Shown here piece after piece: positions 1 through 9,395 of a stretch of DNA of 64,000 bases (position 1 is the first letter of the stretch; every line of letters starts with the position of its first letter). The notes under the pieces are model-generated. The model made no database searches and had not been told where the DNA came from. It worked only from the letters and a program-made list of their open reading frames with translations. Origin of the DNA: an uncultured Gemmatimonadaceae bacterium (lineage in GTDB: Bacteria; Gemmatimonadota; Gemmatimonadetes; Gemmatimonadales; Gemmatimonadaceae); contig CAVXGK010000002.1 in assembly GCA_963761305.1 (NCBI GenBank), positions 2,912,001 to 2,976,000 on the forward strand, read 5' to 3'. The translations under genes were made by a program, and so were the position numbers.

Positions 1-1020
1 GTAGCGACCTCGATCGTAGACCCGCGACCGAAGATTTCGCTGAACCCGCTCGCAGATCTCGACGTCCTCGTCCTGAATCTCGTCGCTGAATTCCACCAGC
101 CGCGACCACGACGGGTCGGTCGCCGGATCCTCGGGCGGGTTCGACGCGAACCACTCGAAGACGACGACCGTCCTGTCGTGCGAGACCGGCACCACGACGT
201 TCGTCTGCATCTGCCCGAGGTAGACGTTGAGCATGATGTTCGGGAAGACCCAACCGTAGACCGCCTCAGGCACCTTGGCGAGCGACGGGTCGTAAAAGCG
301 CGGACTGCCCGGGCTCACGGGCTTGAGCGGCGCGTGCTGGATCGAGCTGTAGCGCTGCGGCTCCACGCGGTAGCTGTCGTAGTCGATCTCTTTGTTCAGC
401 GTCGGGTGCACGATGGGGATGTGGTATCCCTCGAGGTAGTTGTCGACGTACACCTTCCAGTTGCACGCGAGCTCGTACTCCTTGCGCATCACGTAGCGCA
501 TCGATTCGCAACCGAACGCCGCCACGCGCCCCGGAATCGATTCGAGCATCTCGCCGAGGGGCGGCGCCTTGCCGTCGAGATTCGCGAACACGAGGGGGCC
601 CCACGTGTCGATGGCGACCGAGCGCAGCCGCATCTCCTCGCGATTGAAGAACTCCGCGTCTTCCATCTCCGGCGCGCGCAGCAGCTCGCCTTTGAGCGTG
701 TACGTCCAACCGTGGTAGCGACACTGGAGCGTCTGCCGCTTGCCGCAGCCGTGCGCCACGGGACCGGCGCGATGCAAACACACGTTGTGAAATCCGCGCA
801 GCGTGTCGCCGTCGCGGAGCACGACGATCGAGTCGTTGCCGATCTCCGCCGTGAAGAACGCCCCGTGCTCGGCCACCTGATCGAGCCTGCCGACGAGCTG
901 CCACGTATGCGCGAACACGCGCTCGCGCTCGAGCTCCAGGTAGACGGGATCGACGTACAGTCGCGCGGGGATCGTCGACGCGCGACGGATGTCCGGATCG
1001 AACGGAAAGACGAGCGGCAT
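1..1020 (-). CDS. Rieske aromatic ring-hydroxylating oxygenase alpha subunit (choline monooxygenase-like), 3' end runs off the window
   Basis: Not in the ORF track; translated by hand from ATG at 1020: MPLVFPFDPDIRRASTIPARLYVDPVYLELERERVFAHTWQ... It has the Rieske motif NVCLHRAG...CRYHGWTY and the mononuclear Fe motif NWKVYVDNYLEGYHIPIVHP. Confidence 0.9.
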   Translation of the reverse strand, partial: MPLVFPFDPDIRRASTIPARLYVDPVYLELERERVFAHTWQLVGRLDQVAEHGAFFTAEIGNDSIVVLRDGDTLRGFHNVCLHRAGPVAHGCGKRQTLQCRYHGWTYTLKGELLRAPEMEDAEFFNREEMRLRSVAIDTWGPLVFANLDGKAPPLGEMLESIPGRVAAFGCESMRYVMRKEYELACNWKVYVDNYLEGYHIPIVHPTLNKEIDYDSYRVEPQRYSSIQHAPLKPVSPGSPRFYDPSLAKVPEAVYGWVFPNIMLNVYLGQMQTNVVVPVSHDRTVVVFEWFASNPPEDPATDPSWSRLVEFSDEIQDEDVEICERVQRNLRSRVYDRGRY

Positions 1021-1031
1021 GTGAGAATCGG

Positions 1032-2963
1032 CTACGGCAGCGCGAACGCCTGGAGCTTGGCGCCCGTCGCCGCTCCGGTGGCGATGACCACGAACTGCTT
1101 TCCGGCCTTCGTGCGATACGTCATCGGCACCGCGTAGCCGGTCTGCCCGAGGTCGGCCGACCAGAGGGTCGACCCGTCACGCGAGTCGACGGCGTAGAGC
1201 GTCGACCCGCCGCCGGTCGCGAAGATGAGCCCCGACGCCGTCACCATCGGACCCGGCGAGCCCGCGACGCCGAGCGGCGGCAATTTGAGATCTTTGAGCA
1301 ACGGATGGTTGCGCACGCCCGGCGTGTCGCCGAACGGAACGCTCCACTTCGTGTCGCCCGTGTTGAGATCGATGGCCGTCAGCGTGCCGTACGGCGGCCG
1401 GTTGATCGGCAGCGACGGCAGTCGCTGGCCGCTGTCGCGCGCCGGCATCGTCACGCGCAGTCCCGACGCGGCGAGGTCGGCGGAATAGTCGGCGTCGACC
1501 GTGTCCGAGTGCGCCGGCTGGACGATCTTGTACATCGCGGGCGAGTTGGTCGCCTTGATGAAGATCGTCCCCGTCGTCGGATCGAGCGCGCCGCCGCCCC
1601 ACCCCGCGCCGCCGATCGCGCCCGGCATCACGATCGTCCCCGACGGCGAAGGCGGCGTGAAGATCGGCCCGAACCGAAAGTCCTTGGCTTCCTCGAGCGC
1701 GCGCGCTCTGATCTCGGGCGTGAAGTCGATCAGGTCCGCGAAACCAAAACCTTGCTTGGCGAATGGTTTGGGTTTCGTCGGAAACGGCTGGGACTGCGAC
1801 GCCTTCTCGCCCGGAACGTCGCTCGGCGGTACGGATCGTTCCTCGATCGGCCAGATGGGCGCGCCGGTCACGCGATCGAATACGAAGAGAAATCCGGTCT
1901 TCGCCGGCACGGCGACGATGTCGCGCGACTTGCCGTCCACGAGCACGGTGGCGAGCACGGGAGCGGCGGGGAGATCGTAATCCCAAAGACCGTGATGCAC
2001 GGTTTGAAATGCCCACTTGAACTTCCCCGATTTCGCCTCGAGACACACGATCGATTCGGCGTAGAGATCGTTGCCGAGCCGTGCGCCGCCGTACCAGTCG
2101 TTGCTCGGCGTGCTCACCGGCAGGTAGACGAGTCCCCGCTCGGCGTCGACGCTGAACGGCGCCCACACGTTCGTGTGGCCGGTGGTCTTCCACGATTCGT
2201 TTTCCCACGTCGCGGCGGCGGTGTCCTTCGCGTCTCGTGGAACCGGACTCCAACTCCAGGCGCGTTTGCCCGAGCGAACGTCGAACGCCTGCACGTCGCC
2301 GGGCGGATCGTTCGGGTAGATGATGCGATCGGCGACGCCGTTGCCCACGATCACGAGGTCGCGCCACACCACCGGCGCCGACGTTTCCGTGTAGTGGAGC
2401 TTGTTCACCTTCTTGCCGTTGCGGTCGAGCTTCGCCGTGAGATCCACGACGCCCGTGTCGCCGAACGAGCGAATCGGCTGCCCCGTCGACGCGTCGATCG
2501 CGATCAGGTTCCAGCGGCTGTTGATGAAGACGCGCCGCTGCTTGCCGTCGGTCCACGTCGCCACACCGCGATGCACGAAGCCGGTGCCGTTCGACGGCTG
2601 CCCCGCAGTGTACGGCTTGGGATCGTACTCCCAGAATTCCTTCCCCGTCGACGCGTCGAGCGCGACGACTCGGTTGTACGACGTGCTCAGAAACAGCGTG
2701 TCGCCGAGCATGAGCGGCGTCGCTTGAAAATTTCCGGGACGCGTTCGGAATTCGGGCTTCGGCGTCTCGCCGGTCGCCCACTCCCACGCTTTCGCGAGAC
2801 GCGCGACGTTCGAGCGATCGATGTCGGTCAGTTTCGAGAATTTGGTCGACGCGAGATCGCCGCCGAACGTCGGCCACTCGACGATCTGCGCGCGCGCCGT
2901 CGCTAGCGGCACTTCTGTCGCGGCGAGAACGGCCAGCAATGCGAGCGGTGCGGCGAGTCTCAT
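1032..2963 (-). CDS. PQQ-dependent (quinoprotein glucose-type) dehydrogenase, secreted
   Basis: Signal peptide, then EWPTFGGD, QATPL, HRGVATW, VHHGLWDYDLPAAP and GGAGWGG motifs plus PQQ propeller W-repeats. Confidence 0.9.
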   Translation of the reverse strand: MRLAAPLALLAVLAATEVPLATARAQIVEWPTFGGDLASTKFSKLTDIDRSNVARLAKAWEWATGETPKPEFRTRPGNFQATPLMLGDTLFLSTSYNRVVALDASTGKEFWEYDPKPYTAGQPSNGTGFVHRGVATWTDGKQRRVFINSRWNLIAIDASTGQPIRSFGDTGVVDLTAKLDRNGKKVNKLHYTETSAPVVWRDLVIVGNGVADRIIYPNDPPGDVQAFDVRSGKRAWSWSPVPRDAKDTAAATWENESWKTTGHTNVWAPFSVDAERGLVYLPVSTPSNDWYGGARLGNDLYAESIVCLEAKSGKFKWAFQTVHHGLWDYDLPAAPVLATVLVDGKSRDIVAVPAKTGFLFVFDRVTGAPIWPIEERSVPPSDVPGEKASQSQPFPTKPKPFAKQGFGFADLIDFTPEIRARALEEAKDFRFGPIFTPPSPSGTIVMPGAIGGAGWGGGALDPTTGTIFIKATNSPAMYKIVQPAHSDTVDADYSADLAASGLRVTMPARDSGQRLPSLPINRPPYGTLTAIDLNTGDTKWSVPFGDTPGVRNHPLLKDLKLPPLGVAGSPGPMVTASGLIFATGGGSTLYAVDSRDGSTLWSADLGQTGYAVPMTYRTKAGKQFVVIATGAATGAKLQAFALP

Positions 2964-3005
2964 GGAAGACCGTCGAAGTGGATCGCCCTAATTGTGCATC
3001 GCGCG

Positions 3006-4604
3006 TCAGCGCTTGGGCAGACCGCGCTCGATTTCGCGCGCCGACCGGAGCGACAGCGCACAGAATGTAAGCGTCGCGTTTGCACAGCCGCCGCTGACCG
3101 CCGTCGGCGCGCCGACCACGAACAGGTTTTCGTGATCGTGCGTTCGTCCCCACGAGTCGACGACGCTCTGGGCCGGATCCGTGCCCATGCGACAGCCGCC
3201 CGCCGGGTGATCCTGGAAGTTGTCGACGTTCGTGCGCAGCACCTTCCCCTTCCCCGCGCGCGCCATCTCGTTGAACAGCGTGCGAATCGACTCCTCCGTC
3301 GGGCCGCGCTCGGCGACGGACTCCGGCGCGTCCTGGAAGGAAAGCTTCGGCAACGGGTCGCCCCAGCGATTCTTGCGGCTCGCATCCAGCGTCAGCTCGC
3401 TCGAGCGGTCCGGAATCACCTCGTAGTAGGCACGGACGCGTGCCGCGCCCGTCGCCGTTCGTGCGCGCCAGTCGTCGAGGATGGCGTCGCCGAGCATGAG
3501 CGCGCCCGAGTCGTCGACCAGACGCGCCGTCTTGCCGACGGACGATTCCCAGACGCGCAGGTCGTGGCGAATGAATCGCGTGCCGGGGCGCGTGCGCATG
3601 AACTGCTTGGTGACGAGACTGTGCTGCTCGTTCATCCCGGGGTACAGCTTGATCGGCAGGTCGACGTATCCGCCGACGTTGCGATGCCCGGTCAGGTATT
3701 TGCCGACGAGCTTCGACCGATTGGCCACGCCGTCGGGCGCGTCCTTCTGCGCCGAGAGGAGGAGCAGATGCGAGCTCCAGGTGTAGCCCGCGGCGACGAC
3801 GAATATCTTGGCGTGAAGTTCGACCGGCGTGTCCGGCTGATCGAAGCTGGCGGCGATGGCGTATGACACCGACTTCCCGCCCTCGTCGAGCACGAGCTTG
3901 CGAACGAGCGTTCTTGGAATCAGCTCGATTCGCCTGGTGCGGAGCAGCGCGCTCCACGTGAAGTCCGGCGAGTACTTGGCGCCGATCGGGCAGATCGGTG
4001 CGCAGGTGTCGTTGCGGCAACACTCCGGCCGGCCGCGGTACGCCGTCGAATTCTTGGCCGACGGCTGGCTCCACATCGGAATACCGGACTTCGCCGCCCA
4101 CGCCTTGAGCAGCTCGAGATTGTACGTGAGCGGAATCGGCGGCATCGGGAACGGCTTCTTGCGCGGATCGAGATCCGCGGGCCCCTGCTCGCCCGCGACG
4201 CCCATGACCTCTTCGGCTTCCTGGTAGAACGGATCGAGTGCGTCGTAGTCGATCGGCCAATCCGTCCCGACGTCGTAGAGCGTGCGTTGCTTGAAATCCT
4301 CGGGCGAAAAACGCGGCGTCACCGCGCCCCAGTGCATCGCCAGGCCGCCGACCTGCATCGAGCGCGACTGCAGCGGACCTTCGATCTCGTATCCCTCCAA
4401 GTGATCGCGGCCCCACGGATTCTCGCCGTAACGAAGGAACCGGTCGCGCGCCGCCGGGCGCGCCGTCGGCGGCACCGTGTTGTCCCCCGCTTCGACGACG
4501 ACGATTCGCGCCGTCGTCGTTCGCGCGAGACGGTCGGCGACCATCGCGGCGCTGATCCCCGAGCCGATGATGCATACGTCGCTCTCGACGACTCGCCGTG
4601 TCAT
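3006..4604 (-). CDS. GMC family FAD oxidoreductase (gluconate/sugar dehydrogenase flavoprotein-like)
   Basis: IIGSGISA dinucleotide-binding motif, VGGLAMHW, CCRNDTCAPICPIGAKY Cys cluster, HPAGGCRMG and NATLT. Start set at ATG 4604, which overlaps the upstream stop (ATGA). Confidence 0.88.
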   Translation of the reverse strand: MTRRVVESDVCIIGSGISAAMVADRLARTTTARIVVVEAGDNTVPPTARPAARDRFLRYGENPWGRDHLEGYEIEGPLQSRSMQVGGLAMHWGAVTPRFSPEDFKQRTLYDVGTDWPIDYDALDPFYQEAEEVMGVAGEQGPADLDPRKKPFPMPPIPLTYNLELLKAWAAKSGIPMWSQPSAKNSTAYRGRPECCRNDTCAPICPIGAKYSPDFTWSALLRTRRIELIPRTLVRKLVLDEGGKSVSYAIAASFDQPDTPVELHAKIFVVAAGYTWSSHLLLLSAQKDAPDGVANRSKLVGKYLTGHRNVGGYVDLPIKLYPGMNEQHSLVTKQFMRTRPGTRFIRHDLRVWESSVGKTARLVDDSGALMLGDAILDDWRARTATGAARVRAYYEVIPDRSSELTLDASRKNRWGDPLPKLSFQDAPESVAERGPTEESIRTLFNEMARAGKGKVLRTNVDNFQDHPAGGCRMGTDPAQSVVDSWGRTHDHENLFVVGAPTAVSGGCANATLTFCALSLRSAREIERGLPKR

Positions 4605-5194
4605 CGGTCCGGCGCTCCGAGCAGGAGCAGCGGTTTGCGCGCCTGCTGCGCCAGCGGGCGGCACGTCTGTTTGCCAATGCGCGACTGATAGCACAGGTCC
4701 GTCGCGGAGGAGCTCTCGTAGAAATGCGCCAGCAGCGCGACGGCAACGTGATCGGCGTCCACGACGCTCGGCATGCGGTCGAGGCGTTCGCCCTTGAGCG
4801 CATCGCGCACCAGATCGGCGCGGTCGGCGACTTTCAACGTTTTGAACGGCCGCGCGAACTTCGACCGTGCCGCCGCGTCGAGCGCATCGAGCTGCGACGT
4901 CCAGCGCGTGACGGGCGTCGGGCCCGTCGTACGAAGGCGCGACGTGCCGTAGCCGTGCAGCAGCTCGGCGTCTTCGTGATAGCCGGTTCCCCAGTCGCGA
5001 AACGCCGCGACGGCGCGCGTGATTCCCGCGCGGCCGAGCGGCGACGGAAGCACGGCTTCACCGAGCGCGTCGAGTGTAGCGGGGTCAGAGGCGAGATGCC
5101 GAACGGCGGCGGCGTGGGCGCGCCGAACGATGATCGTGAGTGGAACCGCCGCGGCGAGCGAGGCGAGAAAGCGTCGGCGCGAGATGCCCGTCAT
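4601..5194 (-). CDS. Tat-exported small subunit of the GMC dehydrogenase (gluconate 2-dehydrogenase subunit 3-like)
   Basis: SRRRFL twin-arginine signal; translationally coupled to the GMC gene. Confidence 0.65.
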   Translation of the reverse strand: MTGISRRRFLASLAAAVPLTIIVRRAHAAAVRHLASDPATLDALGEAVLPSPLGRAGITRAVAAFRDWGTGYHEDAELLHGYGTSRLRTTGPTPVTRWTSQLDALDAAARSKFARPFKTLKVADRADLVRDALKGERLDRMPSVVDADHVAVALLAHFYESSSATDLCYQSRIGKQTCRPLAQQARKPLLLLGAPDR

Positions 5195-5234
5195 GCGGGC
5201 AAATGTGCGCGGCGGCCCGTCGCCTCCGACAGGG

Positions 5235-6095
5235 TCACCGCACCCAGTGGCCGAGGCGCGTCCAGCGAATGTCGGTGATGAACGAAACCGGGCGGTCGCT
5301 CACCTGGCCGGAGCATGGGTCGTTCGAGTCGTCGGGCCCCGGGACGTACGAGTAGTACACGAACAGCGGCCGTCCCCTGATGTTGTCCCGCGGCACGACG
5401 CCCCAGTAGCGGCTGTCCTTCGAGCAGTAGCGGTTGTCGCCCATCATGAAATACCGGTTGGCCGGAATGATGAGTGGACCCCAATTGCCGAGCGTGGGCT
5501 GCGCCGGCGGCGGGCCGAAACGGGTGTTCTTCGCCTCGATCGTGTGCTGCCATTCGAAGTTCGCGGCGACCGAGTTGTTGTCGCCACCGGGGTTCGACGA
5601 CGCGAACGACTGACGCTGCGGAACGCCGTTCACGTTCAGCAGACCGTCGCGCATGAAGAGCGTGTCGCCCGGCATGCCGATGAGCCGCTTGACGAGCGTC
5701 GGGGTGAAATCCGGAGCGTTGTCCGCCTGGTACGGCGACACGAATACCATGACGTCGCCGTGCTTGGGACTCGTGTAGCCGGGGAGATGCGAGTTCGTGA
5801 ACGGGATCGTCGGGCCGTACGCCAGCTTGTTGACGAAGAGCCAATCGCCCACGAGGAGCGTGGGGATCATGCTCCCCGACGGAATCCGAAAGGCCTCGAC
5901 GAACAGCGTCTTGATGAACAAGTAGATCACCACGGCGCCGGCGATCGACTTGACGTTTTCCCAGAACACGCGCCCCGCGGGGCGGGCGGGTTTCTTCCCG
6001 CCGTCGCGCGCCTGCGAGACGACGTTCTTGGGTTTGTTGCCCGTCGCTGACGACGGTTTGCGAGACGGATCGGGCGACGGTGACGGTTTGGCCAT
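5235..6095 (-). CDS. lepB: Signal peptidase I
   Basis: TM segment, IPSGSMIPTLLVGD (catalytic Ser), VKRLIGMPGD (Lys) and GDNR..SKDSRYWG. Confidence 0.95.
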   Translation of the reverse strand: MAKPSPSPDPSRKPSSATGNKPKNVVSQARDGGKKPARPAGRVFWENVKSIAGAVVIYLFIKTLFVEAFRIPSGSMIPTLLVGDWLFVNKLAYGPTIPFTNSHLPGYTSPKHGDVMVFVSPYQADNAPDFTPTLVKRLIGMPGDTLFMRDGLLNVNGVPQRQSFASSNPGGDNNSVAANFEWQHTIEAKNTRFGPPPAQPTLGNWGPLIIPANRYFMMGDNRYCSKDSRYWGVVPRDNIRGRPLFVYYSYVPGPDDSNDPCSGQVSDRPVSFITDIRWTRLGHWVR

Positions 6096-6178
6096 GAGGC
6101 GTCGAGCGGTGGTTGCGGGACCACGAATCTAGTGATTCGTACGGCGCGCGCGGCTCGGCCGTTTCTCGAGGAAAGCAG

Positions 6179-6214
6179 CAGGGGGACGAACTCGCGAGCG
6201 AGTTCGTCCCCCTG
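6179..6214 (-). terminator. Intrinsic terminator-like hairpin downstream of the SWIB gene
   Basis: CAGGGGGACGAACTCGC-GA-GCGAGTTCGTCCCCCTG, a 17-bp inverted repeat with a weak T tail on the - strand. Confidence 0.7.
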
Positions 6215-6232
6215 GCTGAGGCCCGTCAGATC

Positions 6233-6583
6233 CTACTTGACGTGTCTGCTGACGAGCTTGGTCATCTCGAACATCGAGACCTGACCCTTCCCGCCGAACA
6301 CCGCCTTGAGCTTGTCGTCGGCGTTGATCATTCGACGGTTCTTCGAGTCCTGGAGCCCGTTCTTCTTGATGTACTTCCAGAGATTCTTCGTGATCTCGGT
6401 GCGGGGCATCCCGTTGCTGCCGACCACCGCCGAGAGCGTCGCATCCGGCTGCACCGGCTTCATGAACGCGGCGTTCGGTGTGCGCTTCTTCGCGACCTTC
6501 TTCACCGCGCGCTTCGCCGGCTTTTTGGCGGCTTTCTTGGCGACTTTCTTGGTGCTCTTTTTCGCCTTCTTCTTTGCAGCCAT
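6233..6583 (-). CDS. SWIB/MDM2 domain protein with Lys/Ala-rich histone-like N-terminus
   Basis: MAAKKKAKKSTKKVAKKAAKK..., then PRTEITKNLWKYIKKNGLQD..NRRMINADDKLKAVF.GK.QVSMFEMTK. GGAG lies upstream of ATG 6583. Confidence 0.9.
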   Translation of the reverse strand: MAAKKKAKKSTKKVAKKAAKKPAKRAVKKVAKKRTPNAAFMKPVQPDATLSAVVGSNGMPRTEITKNLWKYIKKNGLQDSKNRRMINADDKLKAVFGGKGQVSMFEMTKLVSRHVK

Positions 6584-6711
6584 TCTCACTCCCGGTAGAT
6601 GGAATGGTGGGATCGTCTTCGCGAGGACGGGCGATTCTCCTATGAAAATCGCCCGCCTCCGCGGGCGAAAAGTATAAGCATCGGCGCAGGACGCAATAGG
6701 GAAATCACTCG

Positions 6712-6747
6712 GTTCCCCTCTGAGAATCGGCATTTTTCAGAGGGAAC
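6712..6747 (-). terminator. Hairpin downstream of the hydrolase gene
   Basis: Imperfect inverted repeat CCCTCTGAGAA...TTTTCAGAGGG just after the stop at 6763. Confidence 0.45.
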
Positions 6748-6762
6748 GACGTCACTTCCGCG

Positions 6763-8355
6763 TCACTTGAGACGGTCGCTCAGCCAGTCGGCGATGGCGC
6801 CGAGCACCTCGGGACGCACGTGCAGCGAGGGAAGTTTGGTGTAGCGCAACGCGCCGTTGGCGTCGGCGAACGCACCGTTCGAGTCGGCCAGGAAGAGGTG
6901 GTTCGTCGCCGGAAACATGCGCACCGTGACGTCGGTGTTCCCTCCGGCACGAATCGCATCGGCGAGCGTTTTCGCCTCGGCGGGAGGCACCTGGCGGTCG
7001 GTTTCTCCCTGTACGATCAGCACGGGCGTCTTCACTCGACGCGCCGCCGTGACCGGGTCATACGCGAGGAAAAACCCCAGCCATCCACCGAGGGCGGCGA
7101 TCGAGTCCAACGAGCGGCCCGCCCGAGCGAGCGCCGTGTCTCGCATCGGCCCGCGCACGTGCGCCACGCTGTCGATCGCGTAGCGGTTCTGCTCCATGAC
7201 GATCGCGCGGCCGCGCGACGCCGTTCCGGCCATCAACACGATCGCCCGGAGCTTGGGATCGCCCACGGCGATCATCGGCGCGATGATTCCCCCCTCGCTG
7301 TGCCCCACGATGCCGATGCGGCTCGCGTCGATCTCAGGACGGCTGCGGAGGTACGCGATGCCGGCCCGAATGTCGTCGGCGAAATCGGCGCTCGTCGAAT
7401 TTGACGAACCGGCATCCGAACCACCGACGCCGCGATCGTCCAGCCGCAGCACCGCGATGCCTCGCCGGCCGAGCGTGTCGGCCAGCTCGCGGAACGGGCG
7501 ATAGCCGGGAATCGCTCCCGATTGCTCGTCGCGATCCTCCGGCCCGGAGCCCGTGATGGTGATGATCGCCGGCGCCTTGCCCGAGGGACGCACGCGTGGA
7601 ATCGTCAGCGTCCCGGCGAGGTGCAGACCGGCCGGCGTCGTGACGACGACGTCCTCGGCCAGATACGGCGCGTTGGCGGGCGCCGCGTAGTCGGGGCGTT
7701 CGACGCGCAGTGAGCCGAGCGCCGGTCCACGCGTGATACGGATGCCCTGCGCGGGAATGACGCCGCCGAGCACACGCCCGGTAGGCGAGACCGCGAGGTC
7801 CATCATCACGCTCGCGTACTGCACGCGGACCGAATCGGCGTCGAGGCGGTGCACGGTGCCGGCGAACGGTTGCGGTCCACCGATGACGAAGATCATCACG
7901 GACGCCGGATCCGTCCCGATGGCTCGAGCGCGCATGACGATCTGCTCGATGAATCCGACCGACGGATTCACGATCGCCAGAGCGCCGGCGATGCTGGGAA
8001 TCTTCGCCGGACCGCCGGCGCCGATCTTGGCGACGATCGAGTCGCCGTCGAACGTGAAGCTCGCCGGGTCGCCCGCCGTGTCGCCGACCGAGCGATAGGT
8101 CCGCAGGTCGACGTGCGTGACGAGCGCGAGGTTGTTGAGCGTCGCGTCGTAGGTGACGCGCACGTTCCGCAGCCGGTCGCGGAATTCGCCGGTGAGCCGC
8201 CCCGCCGTGCGGGTGGCCCGTTCGTCGAAGATCGTGTCGCCGCGCAGCAGCAGGTAGAACGACGACTGGTCCGGCTCCTGTGATCGTACGGCGTGCGTCG
8301 TCGCGGCCGAAGCCACGAGGGCGAGCACGGCGGGAACGCATCGGGTGAGTTTCAC
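6763..8355 (-). CDS. Secreted alpha/beta-fold hydrolase (peptidase S9/S15-like) with N-terminal extension
   Basis: GTG start overlaps the sdpI stop (GTGA); signal peptide; GSGPEDRD, LRLDDRGVGGS, GHSEGG nucleophile elbow, QGETDRQV and TNHLF. Confidence 0.85.
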   Translation of the reverse strand: MKLTRCVPAVLALVASAATTHAVRSQEPDQSSFYLLLRGDTIFDERATRTAGRLTGEFRDRLRNVRVTYDATLNNLALVTHVDLRTYRSVGDTAGDPASFTFDGDSIVAKIGAGGPAKIPSIAGALAIVNPSVGFIEQIVMRARAIGTDPASVMIFVIGGPQPFAGTVHRLDADSVRVQYASVMMDLAVSPTGRVLGGVIPAQGIRITRGPALGSLRVERPDYAAPANAPYLAEDVVVTTPAGLHLAGTLTIPRVRPSGKAPAIITITGSGPEDRDEQSGAIPGYRPFRELADTLGRRGIAVLRLDDRGVGGSDAGSSNSTSADFADDIRAGIAYLRSRPEIDASRIGIVGHSEGGIIAPMIAVGDPKLRAIVLMAGTASRGRAIVMEQNRYAIDSVAHVRGPMRDTALARAGRSLDSIAALGGWLGFFLAYDPVTAARRVKTPVLIVQGETDRQVPPAEAKTLADAIRAGGNTDVTVRMFPATNHLFLADSNGAFADANGALRYTKLPSLHVRPEVLGAIADWLSDRLK

Positions 8356-8987
8356 TTGGCGGTCTCCTGTTTCCAGGCGAAGTAGGAGTAGGCGAGCAAG
8401 CCGACCGACATGGCCAGGGCGACGACGATGAACGCGATGAGCGCGATCGGGCTGGTGAAGAACGCGGAGATGATCGCCAGCACGCCGGTGGCGCTCATCA
8501 CGTAGCCGCCGACCCGATGTGTGCGCTCCCACACGCGATCGTTGCTGAGCGTCCACGGCGTGCGAATGCCGAACCACCAGTTCGACCTCGCCCGCGGGAG
8601 CAGATTGCCGATGGCGATGAACGCCACGCCGATCACCGCCGGCATGAGGCGCACGAACGGCACGGGGCTGCCCATCGCGCCGGCGAGAATCAAGAGGTGC
8701 AGCGCTGCCAACATCGTGAGAACGACGTTCACGACGAGATCGTACGTGTCCTGCATTCTGGCGTAGTTCGCGCGACGCGGGTCGATCTTCGGCAGTCCGC
8801 GCATGAGTCCCCACAGCGCGAGAATCATCACGGGAAAGATGACCGTCGGCACCCACTTCGGTCCGTAGGCGTTGGGGTTGCCGCGGAGGTCGAAATGGGT
8901 CGGCACGCGGTCGGGGAGTTTTGGGTAGACGATGATCGACGCGATCGTGGCGATCGCGACGAGCAGGACCGGGTACCACTTACGCAT
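8352..8987 (-). CDS. SdpI-family immunity membrane protein (DUF1648 + SdpI)
   Basis: LPDRVPTHFD..GNPN, GNLLPR..SNWWFGIRTPWTLSNDRVWERTHR and multiple TM helices. Confidence 0.9.
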   Translation of the reverse strand: MRKWYPVLLVAIATIASIIVYPKLPDRVPTHFDLRGNPNAYGPKWVPTVIFPVMILALWGLMRGLPKIDPRRANYARMQDTYDLVVNVVLTMLAALHLLILAGAMGSPVPFVRLMPAVIGVAFIAIGNLLPRARSNWWFGIRTPWTLSNDRVWERTHRVGGYVMSATGVLAIISAFFTSPIALIAFIVVALAMSVGLLAYSYFAWKQETAK

Positions 8988-9273
8988 TGCGCTTTCCTCC
9001 GGCTTTGCCGCGGGCGGGCGGCCTCACCCAATCGAGAATGTGTTCGACCAGGTCGTCGAACACGGTGGTGTTGAGCTCATAGACGATCTGCTGCCCCTGG
9101 CGCTCCGAGAGCACGAGCTTGGCGTCGCGCAACTGCGCGAGATGTCGCGACACGGTCGGCCACGCCGTCGGAAAATGCTCGGCGATTTCGCCCGACGTGC
9201 GCGGGCCGTCACGCAGGAGCCGCAAGATCTCGCGGCGCGTGGGGTCGGCCAGCGCTCTGAAAGCGTCATTCAT
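8980..9273 (-). CDS. SdpR-like ArsR/SmtB autorepressor
   Basis: FRALADPTRREILRLL...GEIAEHF...TVSRHLAQL..AKLV...RQGQQIVYELNTTVF; sits directly upstream of the sdpI-like gene. Confidence 0.9.
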   Translation of the reverse strand: MNDAFRALADPTRREILRLLRDGPRTSGEIAEHFPTAWPTVSRHLAQLRDAKLVLSERQGQQIVYELNTTVFDDLVEHILDWVRPPARGKAGGKRNA

Positions 9274-9290
9274 CGGCAGGCATTGGTTGC

Positions 9291-9314
9291 ATAATTAGCC
9301 AAGTACGTAAGTAT
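9291..9314. promoter_or_regulatory. Putative SdpR/ArsR operator
   Basis: AT-rich imperfect palindrome ATAATTAG-N8-GTAAGTAT just upstream of the ArsR start. Confidence 0.4.
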
Positions 9315-9395
9315 CGGGCCGCAGGTTTCGCCTGTCGCGGTGACAGTTTTTCGGCGGGTGGGATTCGGTCGCCGATCAGGCCTTTACGAATTGGG

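Noticed and set aside
1177..4803. 1208-aa ORF and many other long Arg/Ala-rich ORFs in the track (e.g. 27643-29757, 30983-33085, 44060-46339, 49169-51364)
   Set aside because: Alternate-frame or antisense shadows of well-supported genes, typical of high-GC DNA; no recognisable motifs.
6671..6696. sigma70 promoter for the SWIB gene (TTGCGT...TATACT)
   Set aside because: The spacer is only 14 bp; the -10 is plausible but the pair is not supportable.
6763..8979. 738-aa hydrolase and other N-terminally extended calls (9569-11041, 30021-31904, 33968-35125, 56529-58634, 61156-62751)
   Set aside because: The extensions overlap upstream genes or promoters; shorter starts with stop/start coupling or signal peptides are better supported.
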